64,000 nt of DNA from Amoebidium appalachense. Lineage: Eukaryota > Protista > Ichthyosporea. The translations under genes were made by a program, and so were the position numbers. The stretch is from positions 2,440,389-2,504,388 of the forward strand of contig CAVNZM010000004.1 of the NCBI GenBank assembly GCA_963693365.1. Reading direction: 5' to 3'. Positions 25,603 to 39,082 of this stretch are shown here, piece by piece (position 1 is the stretch's first letter; each line of letters starts with the position of its first letter). Below the pieces are notes generated by a model that saw only the letters and a list, made by a program, of their open reading frames with translations, ran no database searches and was not told the origin of the DNA.

Positions 25603-27635
25603 AAAAAAAATTTATGCATATTTATATATATATATAATATATATATATATTAAATTTAATTTTTAAAATATATATATTAATATCGCAGTGCTGCTGGGAT
25701 CGTCCCTGGAGAGATGGGCAAAAATTATCGATCAGATTGCCTCGCGGAAGACTATGCGAGCCATACCAGATCCATCATAATAATAACACGTGAGGCATAA
25801 AGAGCAAACAGCAGGAAACCTTTGAAACCGTTCGAAACAACTTATAAACATTATGACAAAAGCCAAAATGAAGGTCCAGGTACTGCCTATATCCCATTCC
25901 GAAATGAGCAAATCAATCTGGCCATTTCCGCTTTTCCTTTTTCTCAATTTTGCATTTCTCCCCAGTCGTATTTTCACAATTTCTGGATAAAACGAGATAT
26001 TTAGACAAATAATCGCATTATGTCATTGCAACGTTGCTCTCTATTTTTCTATTTTCTCTATTTTTCAATTTTGCAGATTTCGGCATTTTTGCAATAACAA
26101 CCTTTTTGCGAGTGAATGTTGTACTTGAAGCTTAACTTAAATATGGCCCGGAGACAATGGCATCTCAAACTCTCATTAGTCGTGATACACAGTTCACGCC
26201 CGTTTTTAGTTTCACGCCTGGGGCCAGAGTTGGCCCACCAGACTTGCATGGTATACGTGCATGCTCGACTAAGCCACAGTAATAATGGTGAGTGTCGTTT
26301 TTGTACAGCTGCCCCCCCCCCTAACCCCCTCCTCCTTCCTCTCCCCCTCCCCCTCCTTCTGCCCCTCCCCTCCCCCTCCTGCTCCATCCCTCTCTGTCTC
26401 CCTCTCCCTTTCCACGCCTCCCTTCCTCCCTCTCCCCCCTCCCCTCTCCCTCCCTCCCCCTACCACGCTCTCTCACCCTCCCTCCCTCTCTCTCTCCCTC
26501 GTTCCCTCCCTCCTCCCCTCCCTCCCCCCTTCACCCCCGGCTCTCTGTCCCTCCCTCCCTCTTTCTCTCCTGTCCTCCTCTCCGAGTCCCTCTCGCACTC
26601 CCTCCTTCTTTCCTATCCCCCCCCCCCCCCTCCTCCCCCCTCTCTCCCCCTCCCCATGCCCCCCCACTCTCTCCCTTCTGTGAATATTGAGGTTCCCCCA
26701 CTTGCTGTCCGTCCGTCCATTCCTCCCTCTCTTTCCTTCCCCCCCCCTTCCTCCCCTCCCCTGTCTCTGTTTCCCGCCCCCTCCCTCCGCCCGTCCCCCC
26801 CCCCCCCCGCTCCCCCCCCCCCCCCCCCCCCTCCCACCCAACCAACCCCACGTCTCGCTCCCCGCTCCCTCCCTCTCCCTCTCCCCCTCCCTCCCTCTCT
26901 CTCCTCCCCCCCCCCCCCCCCCCCCCTCTCTCTCTCTCTTACTCTCTGAGACTCTCTCTCTCTTCCCCTTCTCCCCCCCTCCCCCCCCCCCCCCCCCCCC
27001 CCTTCTCCCCACTCTCTCCCTCCTGCCACCTTTTTCTGCTTTCTTATTCTGTCTGACTGGGCTACGTCCTGTTCTAACTTTTAGCTCTCGAAATGTCTGA
27101 ACACTTTGTGCGTGTGTACAACGGCAACAGATAGTGTTGGCTCTTGCATTTGTCTTTTTGCAAAATTTTTGTGTGCATGGCTGTCATAGCCCACACACGT
27201 GCGAGTGCTTGCCGTATGCACAGGTGTTTCTTACTTCCCCCGTGTCTCTTTAACATGTCAATGCTTCCTAGTCCTGGCTGCTTGTCGTTGCACACACATG
27301 CGTATGGTGGGTGGATAGCGGGCAAAGTGGTGTGTGCCCTTTATTTTGCAATGACTGATTTATGTTGTCCGTCATGAAAAAAACAAGGCATTCTAACCCT
27401 TTTTAACCCCCCCCCCCCCCCCCCCCCCCCAACCACCACCACCACCACTACCACACACACAGTCACACACACACACACACACACACACAACACTTACATG
27501 CACAAAAGGTCGTCGCCCCATTCTTTGTGCTGTTCCTCCTTTATTCCCATCTTGTTTCCATCTGGACCTCCTTATTGTTTATTTCCCCCCGTGCCCAGCC
27601 CTCAGTCTTGGACTTCTCGTTATCGACGATCGATC

Positions 27636-27754
<119 letters not shown>

Positions 27755-28167
27755 GTCTCTCCCCCCCCCCCCCCCCCCCCCCCTCCCCCCCTCCCCCCCC
27801 CCCCCCCCCTTTTCCCCCTCACACATAATTTGTGACCTTCGCGTGCACCACACGCACACAAGCATGCGCGCACGAACACACACACACCGCCACACACACA
27901 CACACGTGTACACACACCCACCCACACACACACCCACGTGTCTGCGTGCTCAAAATGAGGGCGGCGTGTAAGATTATTCATGCTACATGTGCACACGACC
28001 ACACCACACACAATGCTTGTAGGTTTGTCAGGACGTGAAGGTTGTGATCGAATAAAAAGGTACATGCTCTTTTTTTCTTATGGACAAAGGTACAGAGCTA
28101 AGTGCAACTGTTGTGCTTGTTGTCCCGGTGGCTGCAAGTTCAACAGCTACCACAAAGCACGCATGCT

Positions 28168-28210
<43 letters not shown>

Positions 28211-28567
28211 CCCCTCCCCCCTCTCTCGCTCTCTCCACTCGCCCCCCCCCCCCCCCCCCCCCCCCCAACTCCACCTCCACTTGCCCCCCCCCCCCCCCCC
28301 CCCACTCCCTCCCATCCCTCCGCTTCCGCTTTGGCTTCCTCCCTCCCTCCCTCCCTCCCTCCCTCCCTCCCTCCCTCCCTCCCTCCCTCCCTCCCTCCCT
28401 CCCTCGGAGTCCCTCCCTCCCTCCCCCCATACCTCCCTCCCTCCCTCCCTCCCTCCCTCCCTCCCTCCACTCCTCTCACTCTTTCTGTGCATTTGTATGT
28501 ATGTGTCTGTATACGTACGTCTGTATACGGAGGGGAGGATGGGTTACTGTGGTTGCAACTAACCTCA

Positions 28568-28650
28568 CCTTTGTCAGTAAAGCCTCCATCAACCAGAGCT
28601 TTGAGCTCTTCTCGATTGCTACACAGTTCCAATTCTTTTGGCGGCGCCAT
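28568..28650 (-). CDS. Candidate first exon of a gene inside the TIR element
   Basis: ATG...MAPPKELELCSNREELKALVDGGFTDK followed by a G|GTGAG donor; downstream exons not resolved. Confidence 0.4.
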
Positions 28651-30041
28651 GCCGGTTACAAGTTTAACTCTTGCAGCAGCGTCAACAACTTGATAAGACC
28701 AGGGACTTCGTAATAACAGGAACGGCTATTCGTACGTGAAAGAGAGACCAGCCAGCAGTAGGCCCGTGAGCCAAGAATTACAAGGTGCAGTCGCGACTAA
28801 CTGGCCACCATTCTTTGAACATGACTAGTGCAGTCGCCTATTGCAACCCAACGTTAACTGTTTAACCATCGCCCAACCCAACGGTCAACGGTCAGCTCGC
28901 CGTCGACGGTCACGTAAAACCAACAAAAATAACATATGGTTACACGCATATGGCAGACGTCGAAAAAAGCCATAAAATGGGAAAAAGGATAAATTGGCGA
29001 TATTGCAAAAATTCCAAAATAGCGCAAATAGAACCGAACCGTCGAAATATCTTGAAAATACGAGTAAATCGATAAAATCGATATATCCTGATATTTTGAA
29101 ATGCATTTTATGGGTTTTCAAAAATCGTTTATCCGTTGAAATGATATTTCAAAAATGTGAAAATTTTAGAATTTATCAGCAGAATATTTGGCATATCTCA
29201 CTAAAGTTTATGGAGAAAAGGAAAAATGCGAAAATGGAAATGAGAAAAAAGCCCATATTGATTTGCTCGTTTTGGAATGGGATACTATTCAATTAGAGCG
29301 AATATTTTAAAACGCCTATTGTTTACTGGAGCGATTAAACGGGTATTTAATTAAGTCGTTTAAAATATATCATGTATATGCATTACGCCCAAATTCTCTA
29401 TGATGTTCCCAGTATGTAAACCGCTTACAGCGCAAATATTATCCAAAAATATCAAACAACGTTTGCATTTTATTATTATATATAATTCAAAATCAATTTT
29501 TGCTGCATAGTAGATGTTTTTGTGCCATTCACAAACCAGCCAACGCTGAGCCACCAACTAGAAGATTTGCTTCGTTATAAACATACCGGATTTCCATTGG
29601 CTAAAAGTTTGGCGGGAAACGCGGTAGCGTTGTAAGCTGTAAGATAAACCAGACAATTAAGCATGCTGCATTCTTTCATCAAAGTCCTAAAAACCAAGCA
29701 AATATCAATTGTTTTGTTTAAAAACGTTTATCTGTGTATTTGGTTTGTTTGTGTGCTTGTATGATTTTGTTATCTTAGGATCCTGATTCCTGAATAGGGC
29801 TAACGGGGAAAGTGGCGGGGAAATTCTATAGTCTACATTGCGTAGATCATTGGATTAGACGTCATTCAGTGGAGGGGCCGAAATTTGGGGCTACATGTTT
29901 ACCTAACTGTGTTCGTAGAAAAACAGGTTTTAGTTTGATAATGGAGTGGGATCTTCTATATTGTGTCAAATGAAAAAGAAACCAGAGGTCGCGAGAGTCT
30001 AGCCATAACTGCCCACTTTCACTCACAACTTAACATTAAAC

Positions 30042-30463
30042 ATGCCTGAGCAGGCCACATTGAAAAGGAACCCAACATGGCCCACAGATCCAAACAAGCG
30101 CCATTGGGACCGCATGGTCAGCGGGGAATACTATAAAGGCTTCGATGAGGAGCTGCTAAACATGAGGGCAGAGGCGAGGGTGTTGGTTTCTCGCTTCAAC
30201 GAGTTACCCATCACTGCCGTGGTAGGTGCATTTGATTTGATGTTTTTAAAAGGAACGTGTTTGTGACTCAAATGGTACTCATGTTGTGCTGTTTTCTTCG
30301 GAGTCCCTGCTAGAACTAATTCAACGAAGGCGTGGGTGCCATTGAACTCGGCTAGCGCTGTTCAGAAAAGAGAATATAATACTGCGTGTACGTGGAGCTG
30401 GTTTTACAAGGGAGGCTGTTGCAATGTTACAGAGATTTTTGTGAGAAATGTGGGTGGTGTGTT

Positions 30464-30500
<37 letters not shown>

Positions 30501-31133
30501 GGTGTGCGGTATAGCACAAGGAGGCAGCAAGCAGAGAACAAACATGGCTGAAGAGGATCAAAAAAAAGAACAGGGACACTGAGGGTTGTGTCGGGGAGTG
30601 ACCTGTGGTTTGCTATTTCCAGTTTCGAGGGGACTCGGGAGCGGGGCGGGCCGGGGGGGGAGAGGGGGTGATAAAGTTATTGACTGAACATCGCTTCCTC
30701 AGCAAGAAAGAGAGGAAATCATGAAGAAGCTTTTTGGCCCAACTGGAAAGAATGCCTATTTTGAGCCACCCATCCGTGTGGACTATGGTATGTGTAGTTG
30801 CTCACACACAACCTCCTGCTACTTTCTATTGTTCGTGTTGAGGCGGAAACTTCAACTGTACGTGGGTATTGTAGTTGCATTTCAACTACATCTATAGATT
30901 TGAAGTGATGCTGACCACAAGATGATTCCTTATCATGGCTATGGTTCAGTGTGTGTGGGTTGTTTTTTTTTTTTTTGTTTTTTTTTGTGAAGGAGTGGAG
31001 GAGGGGGGGGGGGGGGGGGGGGGGGGGAGGGGAGGAGGAGAGGGGGGCCTGCTGGAATATAGTGAAAGAGGTCGCATTACACCTAGTTTTTTTTCTTTCC
31101 CTTTTTTATTTGTGTTTGTGTGTGTTTGTGTGT

Positions 31134-31185
<52 letters not shown>

Positions 31186-31377
31186 TCTAGTTTGTTTATG
31201 CTTTTTCTTCTTTTCTTTCCTTTTCTTTTCTTTCTTTCTTTTTTTTTTTTTTTTTGGGGGGGGGGGGGGAGGGAGGGAGGGGGGGGGGGGGGGGGGATAG
31301 AGAGAGGACGGGCTAGGTTTTTTCCTTTTTTTTTTTTTTTTTTTGGGGGGGGGGGGAGCAGGAGGGAGGGGGAGGAT

Positions 31378-31408
<31 letters not shown>

Positions 31409-31496
31409 TGGATGGCTTTATGAGTACAGCTTGGGAGATAGGGAAGGAGGTTCTGTGGGGGGGGTGAAGGTTCGTATGGGTGTGGGTGGATGTGGT

Positions 31497-31533
<37 letters not shown>

Positions 31534-31539
31534 CCGGGG

Positions 31540-31584
<45 letters not shown>

Positions 31585-31836
31585 AGGAACGAATGAGGGA
31601 GGAGGCAAGATAATAATGATATGAATGATGGGTGGACAGTGCAGCGAGGGAGGCACAAGGGCAGAGCATGTTTAAGTTGGGGATTCTTTGTCGTAGCTCC
31701 TTGCAGTACACGATATTTTTGTGTGGTTGGATATTTTGTCATATGTTTATGGTTATGTCTATAATGCTAGGTTTGTCAGGAAGATGAGGAATCCCAGGGG
31801 CAGTTCAAGGGCCGGGTGGGGGGTGGGTGGGCGCCG

Positions 31837-31870
<34 letters not shown>

Positions 31871-32211
31871 GCTTCTGTCCGATCTTTCAAGTGTAAACAC
31901 GATGTGGCCGAAACCAGTTGCTCATTATTAGCACTTCTGTTTGTTTGTTTTTTGTTTTTTGTTTTTTTCTTTTTCTTTTTTTTTCTTGTTCCCTGTGTGC
32001 AGGCAAGAACCTTTCTGTGGGGGACAACTTTTACTGCAACTTCGGCTGTGTTTTTCTGGACTGTGCGCCCATCACCATTGGGGATAACTGTATGCTAGCC
32101 CCCAACGTGCAGTTCTATCCCGGTAGGTGGCCCGTACCTGTGCCGTGCAAGTGTGTTTGCCGGATTTTGTGGTTAGGGAGGGTAGGGGAAGGCGGGAGAT
32201 CGGCCGGGGAA

Positions 32212-32242
<31 letters not shown>

Positions 32243-32312
32243 TGCTGGACAATAATCCCGAATTATCATGTCTTTTTTTTTCTTTTTTTTTTTTTTTTTC
32301 TTTTTTTTGGGT

Positions 32313-32351
<39 letters not shown>

Positions 32352-32792
32352 GGGGGGGGGGGGGGAGGGGGGGATGTAGGGCTAATGATATTGGTGAGGG
32401 AAAGAGAAGGAATGGCTTGCCTTTCCCTTTGCTGTTATATTTTCTCGTGATGGTTCCTTATAAGAAGACTATTATGCAGGTTAGACTTGTGGTGTATAAG
32501 AAACAGCAACTAAGAGTTGCAGTACCACCTATTATGGTATGCAGAAGAACGAAGGAGGATTAGACGGGGCCGGAGGGTGTATGTGTGTGGCGACTGCAGC
32601 AATGATGGTGCTCGTGAGAGAGAGGGGAGAGGGGGGGAAGGGGGGGGAGGGGGTTTTCGTTTTTGTTTTTTTGGTGGGAAAAGGGGGGGGGGGGGGGGGG
32701 GGCTGGAGCAGTTTTGGCTGATCATTCTACTTAATTCCTGTTTATTTGATCCTAGTTTTTATATATCTCGGCAACATATCAATGTGTATGTA

Positions 32793-32857
<65 letters not shown>

Positions 32858-32926
32858 CTTTGGAACAGCACTGACCACTTTCTATGGATGGATTGCGGGT
32901 CCAAGTTTTCCGACACAAAGATACAC

Positions 32927-32957
<31 letters not shown>

Positions 32958-33059
32958 CGCCCACGCACACACACACACTCTCTCTCTTGCTTTTTTCTCT
33001 CTCGCTCTCTCTTTCTATCTCTCTCTCTCCCGCCCTCTCTCTCTGTCTCGCACACACAA

Positions 33060-33153
<94 letters not shown>

Positions 33154-33291
33154 TCTCTTTCTCCCCCCCCCTTCCCCCCTTTCCCTCCCTGCCTCCCTCC
33201 TCGTCGCCACCTCTCCTTCTCTTGCACTCCCTTTTCTCTCCCTTTCCCTCCCTCCCTCTGCCCCTCCGTCCGTCCCTCCCTCTTTCACACA

Positions 33292-33355
<64 letters not shown>

Positions 33356-33399
33356 CGCGCACAAACACACACACGGACACACGCACGCACACGCGCACG

Positions 33400-33466
<67 letters not shown>

Positions 33467-34571
33467 AAACACACACACACAGCCACACATCCATTGGACC
33501 CGGTGATCCGGACTGCCGGGTGGGAATATGCCCTGCCCATTAAGGTTGGCCACAATGTCTGGATTGGAGGGTATGTTTTCAGACCGTGACTTCCACATTT
33601 GCAGGGTGTCTGCCTTGTTTAATTTTCCTGCATACGTGATCTGCAGTTACCTTCACATCACTTTGGGGATTTTCACATTGAGGCCACGTGTGCGTGTGTG
33701 TGTGTATGTGTTGGGGAGGGGGGTAGGGGGGGGCAGGGGGAGGGTGGGGGGAGGGTTGTGTGTGTTGGGGGGGGGAGGGGGGCAGACGGGGGGATGGGGG
33801 GGTTATGTGTGTGTTGTGGGGAAGGAGGGGGGGGGGGGGGGGGGGGGGAAAGAAGGGGAAAAGAGGGGATGTCTGTGTCTGTGTGTGGGTGGGGGTGGGG
33901 GTGAGAATAGGTGTGGGTGTTGGGGGTGGATTTGGGTGGATGTATGTGTGTGTGTACGTGTGTGCGTGTTTGTGTGCGCGCACGAGTAAGAACCACTGCC
34001 TTTACATGACCGTGTGTGTTGTTGTATGCATCTGTGTTTGTGTACTATTCTAAGGTTATAGCTGTCTGCCTGTGTGTTTCTGCCAGCCATTCACGTACGC
34101 CTGTGGGTGTTATCCTTTTTCCAGCCGTCCATCATTTGCACGTATGAAGGTTGATAGTGTGACTTTGGCTAAATCCGACTTGTGGTGGTTTTTCACCGAC
34201 ACCCCCCCCCCCCCCCCCCTTCCCCCCCACCTTCCCCTCCGTGATGTATCTCCCCATAATTTGGCTCGCATAACTGTTCACTTTAAAGTGCCACAATTTA
34301 TGGGCTTTAGATTTTCCCATGCACACCAACTAAGACTGTGATTGGTCAGTTCCACAATCATCAACCCGGGAGTAACCATCGGTGACAATGTGGTCATTGG
34401 CTCAGGAAGGTATGGGTTTCCTCCTCCCTGCCATGATTGAGCCACGTTTCTGTTAAGTCCGAAAGTGAAACATGTAAAGGGAAAAACCACGGGATGCTGA
34501 GGTTAAAGTTAGGAATCACTGTGTTATTGTACTTACAAAATGTGCAACGACAGGGTGTGTGAGAGAGGGGC

Positions 34572-34602
<31 letters not shown>

Positions 34603-34670
34603 GGGCAGGTGTGTGGGTGTATTGGTGGGTGTGCTTTGGGGGGGATAGAAATGGATGGGTGGGTGCAGGT

Positions 34671-34709
<39 letters not shown>

Positions 34710-34860
34710 GGGGGGTGTGTGGGTGTATTGGTGGGTGTGCTTTATGGGGGATAGAAATGGATGGGTGGGTGCAGGGGGGGGGGGGGTGGGGGAGCAGGTG
34801 TGTGGGTGTATTGGTGGGTGTGCTTTGGGGGGGATAGAAATGGATGGGTGGGTGCAGGGG

Positions 34861-34901
<41 letters not shown>

Positions 34902-35394
34902 GTGTGTGGGTGCACGTGTATTGGTGGGTGTGCTTTGGGGGGGATAGAAATGGATGGGTAGGTGCAGGGGGGGGGGGGGGGGAGGGGAGGGGAGGGGGGG
35001 CTGTCACGGGGAGAAAGGGTGGGGGTAAGGCACCAGTGCTAGCACTGTGACGTGATGTAGCTTTATATTCAGAATCTGTGTTCTCGGCCAATCGGTGACG
35101 GACATACATATGAATATACATACATGTACACCGTTGCCTGCTGTGTGCCCAGACACTCACTTTTGCATGGACACAAGCACTTACACTCAGGCAGGTGTAC
35201 ACACACAGGCACACTCCACTCCACCCACACACACTGACACTAGCACACCTTTGACCTCACATATCCCCTTCTGCAGTGTTGTGACCAAGGACATACCAGA
35301 TAATGTTGTTGCTGCCGGTAATCCATGCAGAGTCATCCGTAAAATTACTCCGTCAGAGGACCGTAAGGGGATGCCTGACTACCAGCCGGAGTAA
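30042..35394 (+). CDS. Maltose/galactoside O-acetyltransferase (Mac domain plus hexapeptide left-handed beta-helix), 6 exons
   Basis: Exons 30042-30221, 30703-30787, 32003-32122, 33483-33570, 34350-34409, 35277-35394 join in phase: RMVSGEYY...[55 protein letters not shown]...VWIGG...[36 protein letters not shown]. Confidence 0.95.
34606..34966. repeat. ~95-110 bp tandem repeat x4 with poly-G spacers
   Basis: GTGTGTGGGTGTATTGGTGGGTGTGCTTTGGGGGGGATAGAAATGGATGGGTGGGTGCAGG four times. Confidence 0.9.
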
Positions 35395-35506
35395 ACAAGA
35401 CTGGTTGGCTTTCACTTGGTTTGTAGTTTGATTTTATTTACATTGACATGCGTGTTTGTTATTGTTTTTTTGGCCTTGGGTGTGTTCGAGTTTGTCCGCA
35501 AAAACT

Positions 35507-35540
<34 letters not shown>

Positions 35541-35542
<2 letters not shown>

Positions 35543-35718
35543 TGAATGCGTCAAAAAGTACGAATCACACAAGAACAAACGGATAACACGGTGCAGAATG
35601 CAAGCCATACATAAAGAGTATGCATAATAAGCAGAGCCCATCCTCAGGGGGGGCCCACGTCATCCACAGTACCCGAGTTTCAACCTATTCACCTCGTTAA
35701 CGAAACCCAACTCAGATA
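35541..35718 (+). repeat. Dispersed repeat, copy 3
   Basis: Colinear with 11633-11804, including GAGTATGCATAATAAGCAGAGCCCATCC and ATTCACCTC...ACGAAACCC. Confidence 0.9.
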
Positions 35719-36147
35719 CTGTTTCACTTGGGGGGGGGGGGGGGGGGGGGGGGGGGTTCTGGTGTGTGTGCACCTACTTGCACAATAATATGGATAAAAG
35801 AATTGCTTCTTGGGATGTATAGATCTAAGCCGGATTTATGAAACATTAGTTCTGGCATGAAGGTGGAATCATTGAAGTCCTTTAGTATGACAAGGCAACA
35901 GTGATCTTGTTGCGTAATAGAATATCTCGTCGTGCGCATGTCACCAGAAATTAACCCCCCCCCCTCCCCCCCCCCCCCCCCCCCCCCCTCCCCCCGCCCC
36001 TGTGTCTCCTCTCTGCTGCCCTCTACGGGTTCGATTCTTATAAGTAGGATTGATCTATGGATATCTCTTGTGTGTGCGTGTGTGTGTGTGTGTGCACGTG
36101 TGTTTGATTTTGCGTTTGTGTGTGCACACACTGCGTGCACGTGGATG

Positions 36148-36195
<48 letters not shown>

Positions 36196-36265
36196 TGTGT
36201 GTGTGTGTGCGTGTGCGTGTGTGGTGTGTGTGTGTGTGTGCGTATGCGTCCAGGGACGTGTGTGT

Positions 36266-36315
<50 letters not shown>

Positions 36316-36934
36316 CTATGGCATGTGGTAGATTCAAATTCGAAATGCTTTCGGACACACAGGGAAACCACAGAAATTCGACCAGCAGTACGTTGCACGG
36401 TACCCCCATGGCCAACCCATAAAAAATTATTCCTTATCTCACTTTCGCACATGTTTACATCACTTTCAACTATCATAACCACCATGCCTAATATGACAGC
36501 TCATGTCACACGTTTAGATCATTCAATAAAAGTAGCAATATTCGGCAAAAATCTTGCATTCACCTGGTATCATTGTCATTCGAGTCATCAATTATTCAAT
36601 AAAACCATGTTATCAACTGCATGGTGCCTGCACACGTGTGGCTGTGTGGCTGTGTGTGTGTATGTGCATGTCACGTCTTGTTTCTTACTCGGCATGCGCA
36701 GAGTCCTCAGATCATTCAATAAATGCATGTGCCCATGTGCCAGTACATGCGCATGAGTGCGCATTTCACAAAAGAACATCAACTGTACGATGTATCACGA
36801 TGAATATTGTATCATGCAGACGGACACACCTCCTGAAAGGTGTGTGTGTACACGGGGCACACATGCAGGTGTCTTCGGGGTGTTGAGAGTGATCATGTTG
36901 TGTATGTCCATGGGACAGTTATGGCATCTGTGTA

Positions 36935-36972
<38 letters not shown>

Positions 36973-37046
36973 AGAAAAAAGAAAAAGAAAGGAAAAGGAA
37001 AAAAAGAAGTTGAGGCTGAAAACCGAGGTCCCGAGCAAGAGATATG

Positions 37047-37602
37047 CTACCACGCAACAGTGAAACCCACACAGGTTAGCTCCGGCTCCAAAGTTTTTGC
37101 CCTCCTCTCCACCACCTTGGTGCACAGTTTGCAGAACCAATCAGGCGTGCGCTCCTGGCTGGCAATGGCCAATTTTGATTGGACGTGGGCAGGTACGGGC
37201 TTGGTGCGCCATGCATGGTACTCCATGTATGCAGTCTCGTTACTTGCCAAATAAAGAAGGTGGGCGGCCAAATCGGCGGGCGTCCTGAAAAACACCACTC
37301 GATTTTAGTAATATCTTTAATTTAGTCGAAAAGGAATGATCCACCGTTTTTGTAGGTGTACATCAAGTGGTAATAGGTGAGGGACTTCCCCGTTGTGTAT
37401 GTCCGTGTGTGGGTGCGGGCGCCCGGGGGGGGGGGGGGGGGGGGGGGGGGACTACACAGGTTTACATATATAAGTGTACTAGCACTGACACAGAGGCAAG
37501 ACCAGTGGAGGGAGGTGGGTGGGTGGTGGTGGTGGTGTGTGTGTGTGTATATCTGTGAGGGGGGAGGAGGTGGGGGAAAGGAGAGGCCGAGGGAAGCATT
37601 AT

Positions 37603-37633
<31 letters not shown>

Positions 37634-37654
37634 TGGAGGGGATGAGGCACCGGA

Positions 37655-37685
<31 letters not shown>

Positions 37686-37922
37686 TGCATAGAGGAGGCA
37701 AGAGTGACGGATGAGCAAGGAACATGCCAGGAAAGGGGCCTGGAATGACCAGGGAGGGGAAGGAGGGGGGGGGGGGGGGGGGGGGGGGGGAGGGGGGGGG
37801 GGGGGGCGGGTCGGGTCGGCATCGAAACACTGTATGTGTATGCACATGCGTCACAGCTATCAGGCATGTGGTTAATGTTCACCTGTAGTTTGCTGGAATA
37901 AAGATTGGGAGACATACATGGG

Positions 37923-37960
<38 letters not shown>

Positions 37961-38746
37961 TTGTTAAAAGAGTTTAATGTAATGGCATGAAATTGATTGT
38001 GGCATTATTTTGACCACGGAATCATTATATTTGGGTGTGAAACTTTTGCCAAGCCAAAAAAAAAAAAAAAAAAAAAAAAAAAAGGAGATATGAAGATGGG
38101 GGGATATACCTCAATTTTCTCGTCTCAATAACTGATCCCTCGGGCACAAAGTCCATGATAGTCCTCCCGCCCATGTAGACAGGCACAGCTCCAACTCTGA
38201 GTGCCTGATAGACTTTTTCGGTGTGATAGTCGTCGCAATTTGAATTTTCAGCCGCAAAATGGAAAAGGTGGATAGCCACCAGGCCTTCTTTCCTCTTGAA
38301 CCCATCCATACTGCTCAACAATTTGAAAACTTCGGGATATTCTGACCATTCTTTCGCTTCGGGTTCCATTTCATTGTTGTTACACGCACCATAGCTGGCA
38401 ACAGAAACATTCTTGTTTTCGATTAGCTGTTTCAGTACATGTGCACGCCCATTCCGTGCCTCGCAGTTAGAAATGACGGCTGAGAGAAGAGCACGTTTTG
38501 CACGAACTGCAAAAGGAACAAACGGAAGGCCAGTGAAGTCTATCGTGCCGTCTGGTTTGACCGGAGGGAAAAATGCCGCAACCTGCGCAGGAAAAAGCGT
38601 GCACTTAGTGGCGCTGTGTATAGTTCTATTGCAGATCACCATCAAGTGTTCTTGGATATGACCCAGAAACTGTGGGTGGATAGATGCTTTCTGTTAATAA
38701 AAAAGTTGGGGGATCTCCTCCCCTCCCTCCCCCCCCCCCTTTTTTT

Positions 38747-38777
<31 letters not shown>

Positions 38778-39025
38778 ATGGGGCTAATGAATGTAGGATG
38801 TGTGCATTTTCCTATTTTCATTGCTTGTGTGATGGTGGTAATAGATTCATACGGTATGTGTGTGCTGCCTTTTATGTGTTTTTTTACGTGTGCATGTTTT
38901 TTTTTGTTTTTTTTTCCCTAGGGGGGGGGGGGGGGGGGGGGGGGGGGCAAAGAAAAGGCATCACTGCAGATGAGAGGATTTTTTTGCTTTCTCCCTCTCT
39001 CTCCTTTTTTTGTGTGTGCGCGTGT

Positions 39026-39082
<57 letters not shown>

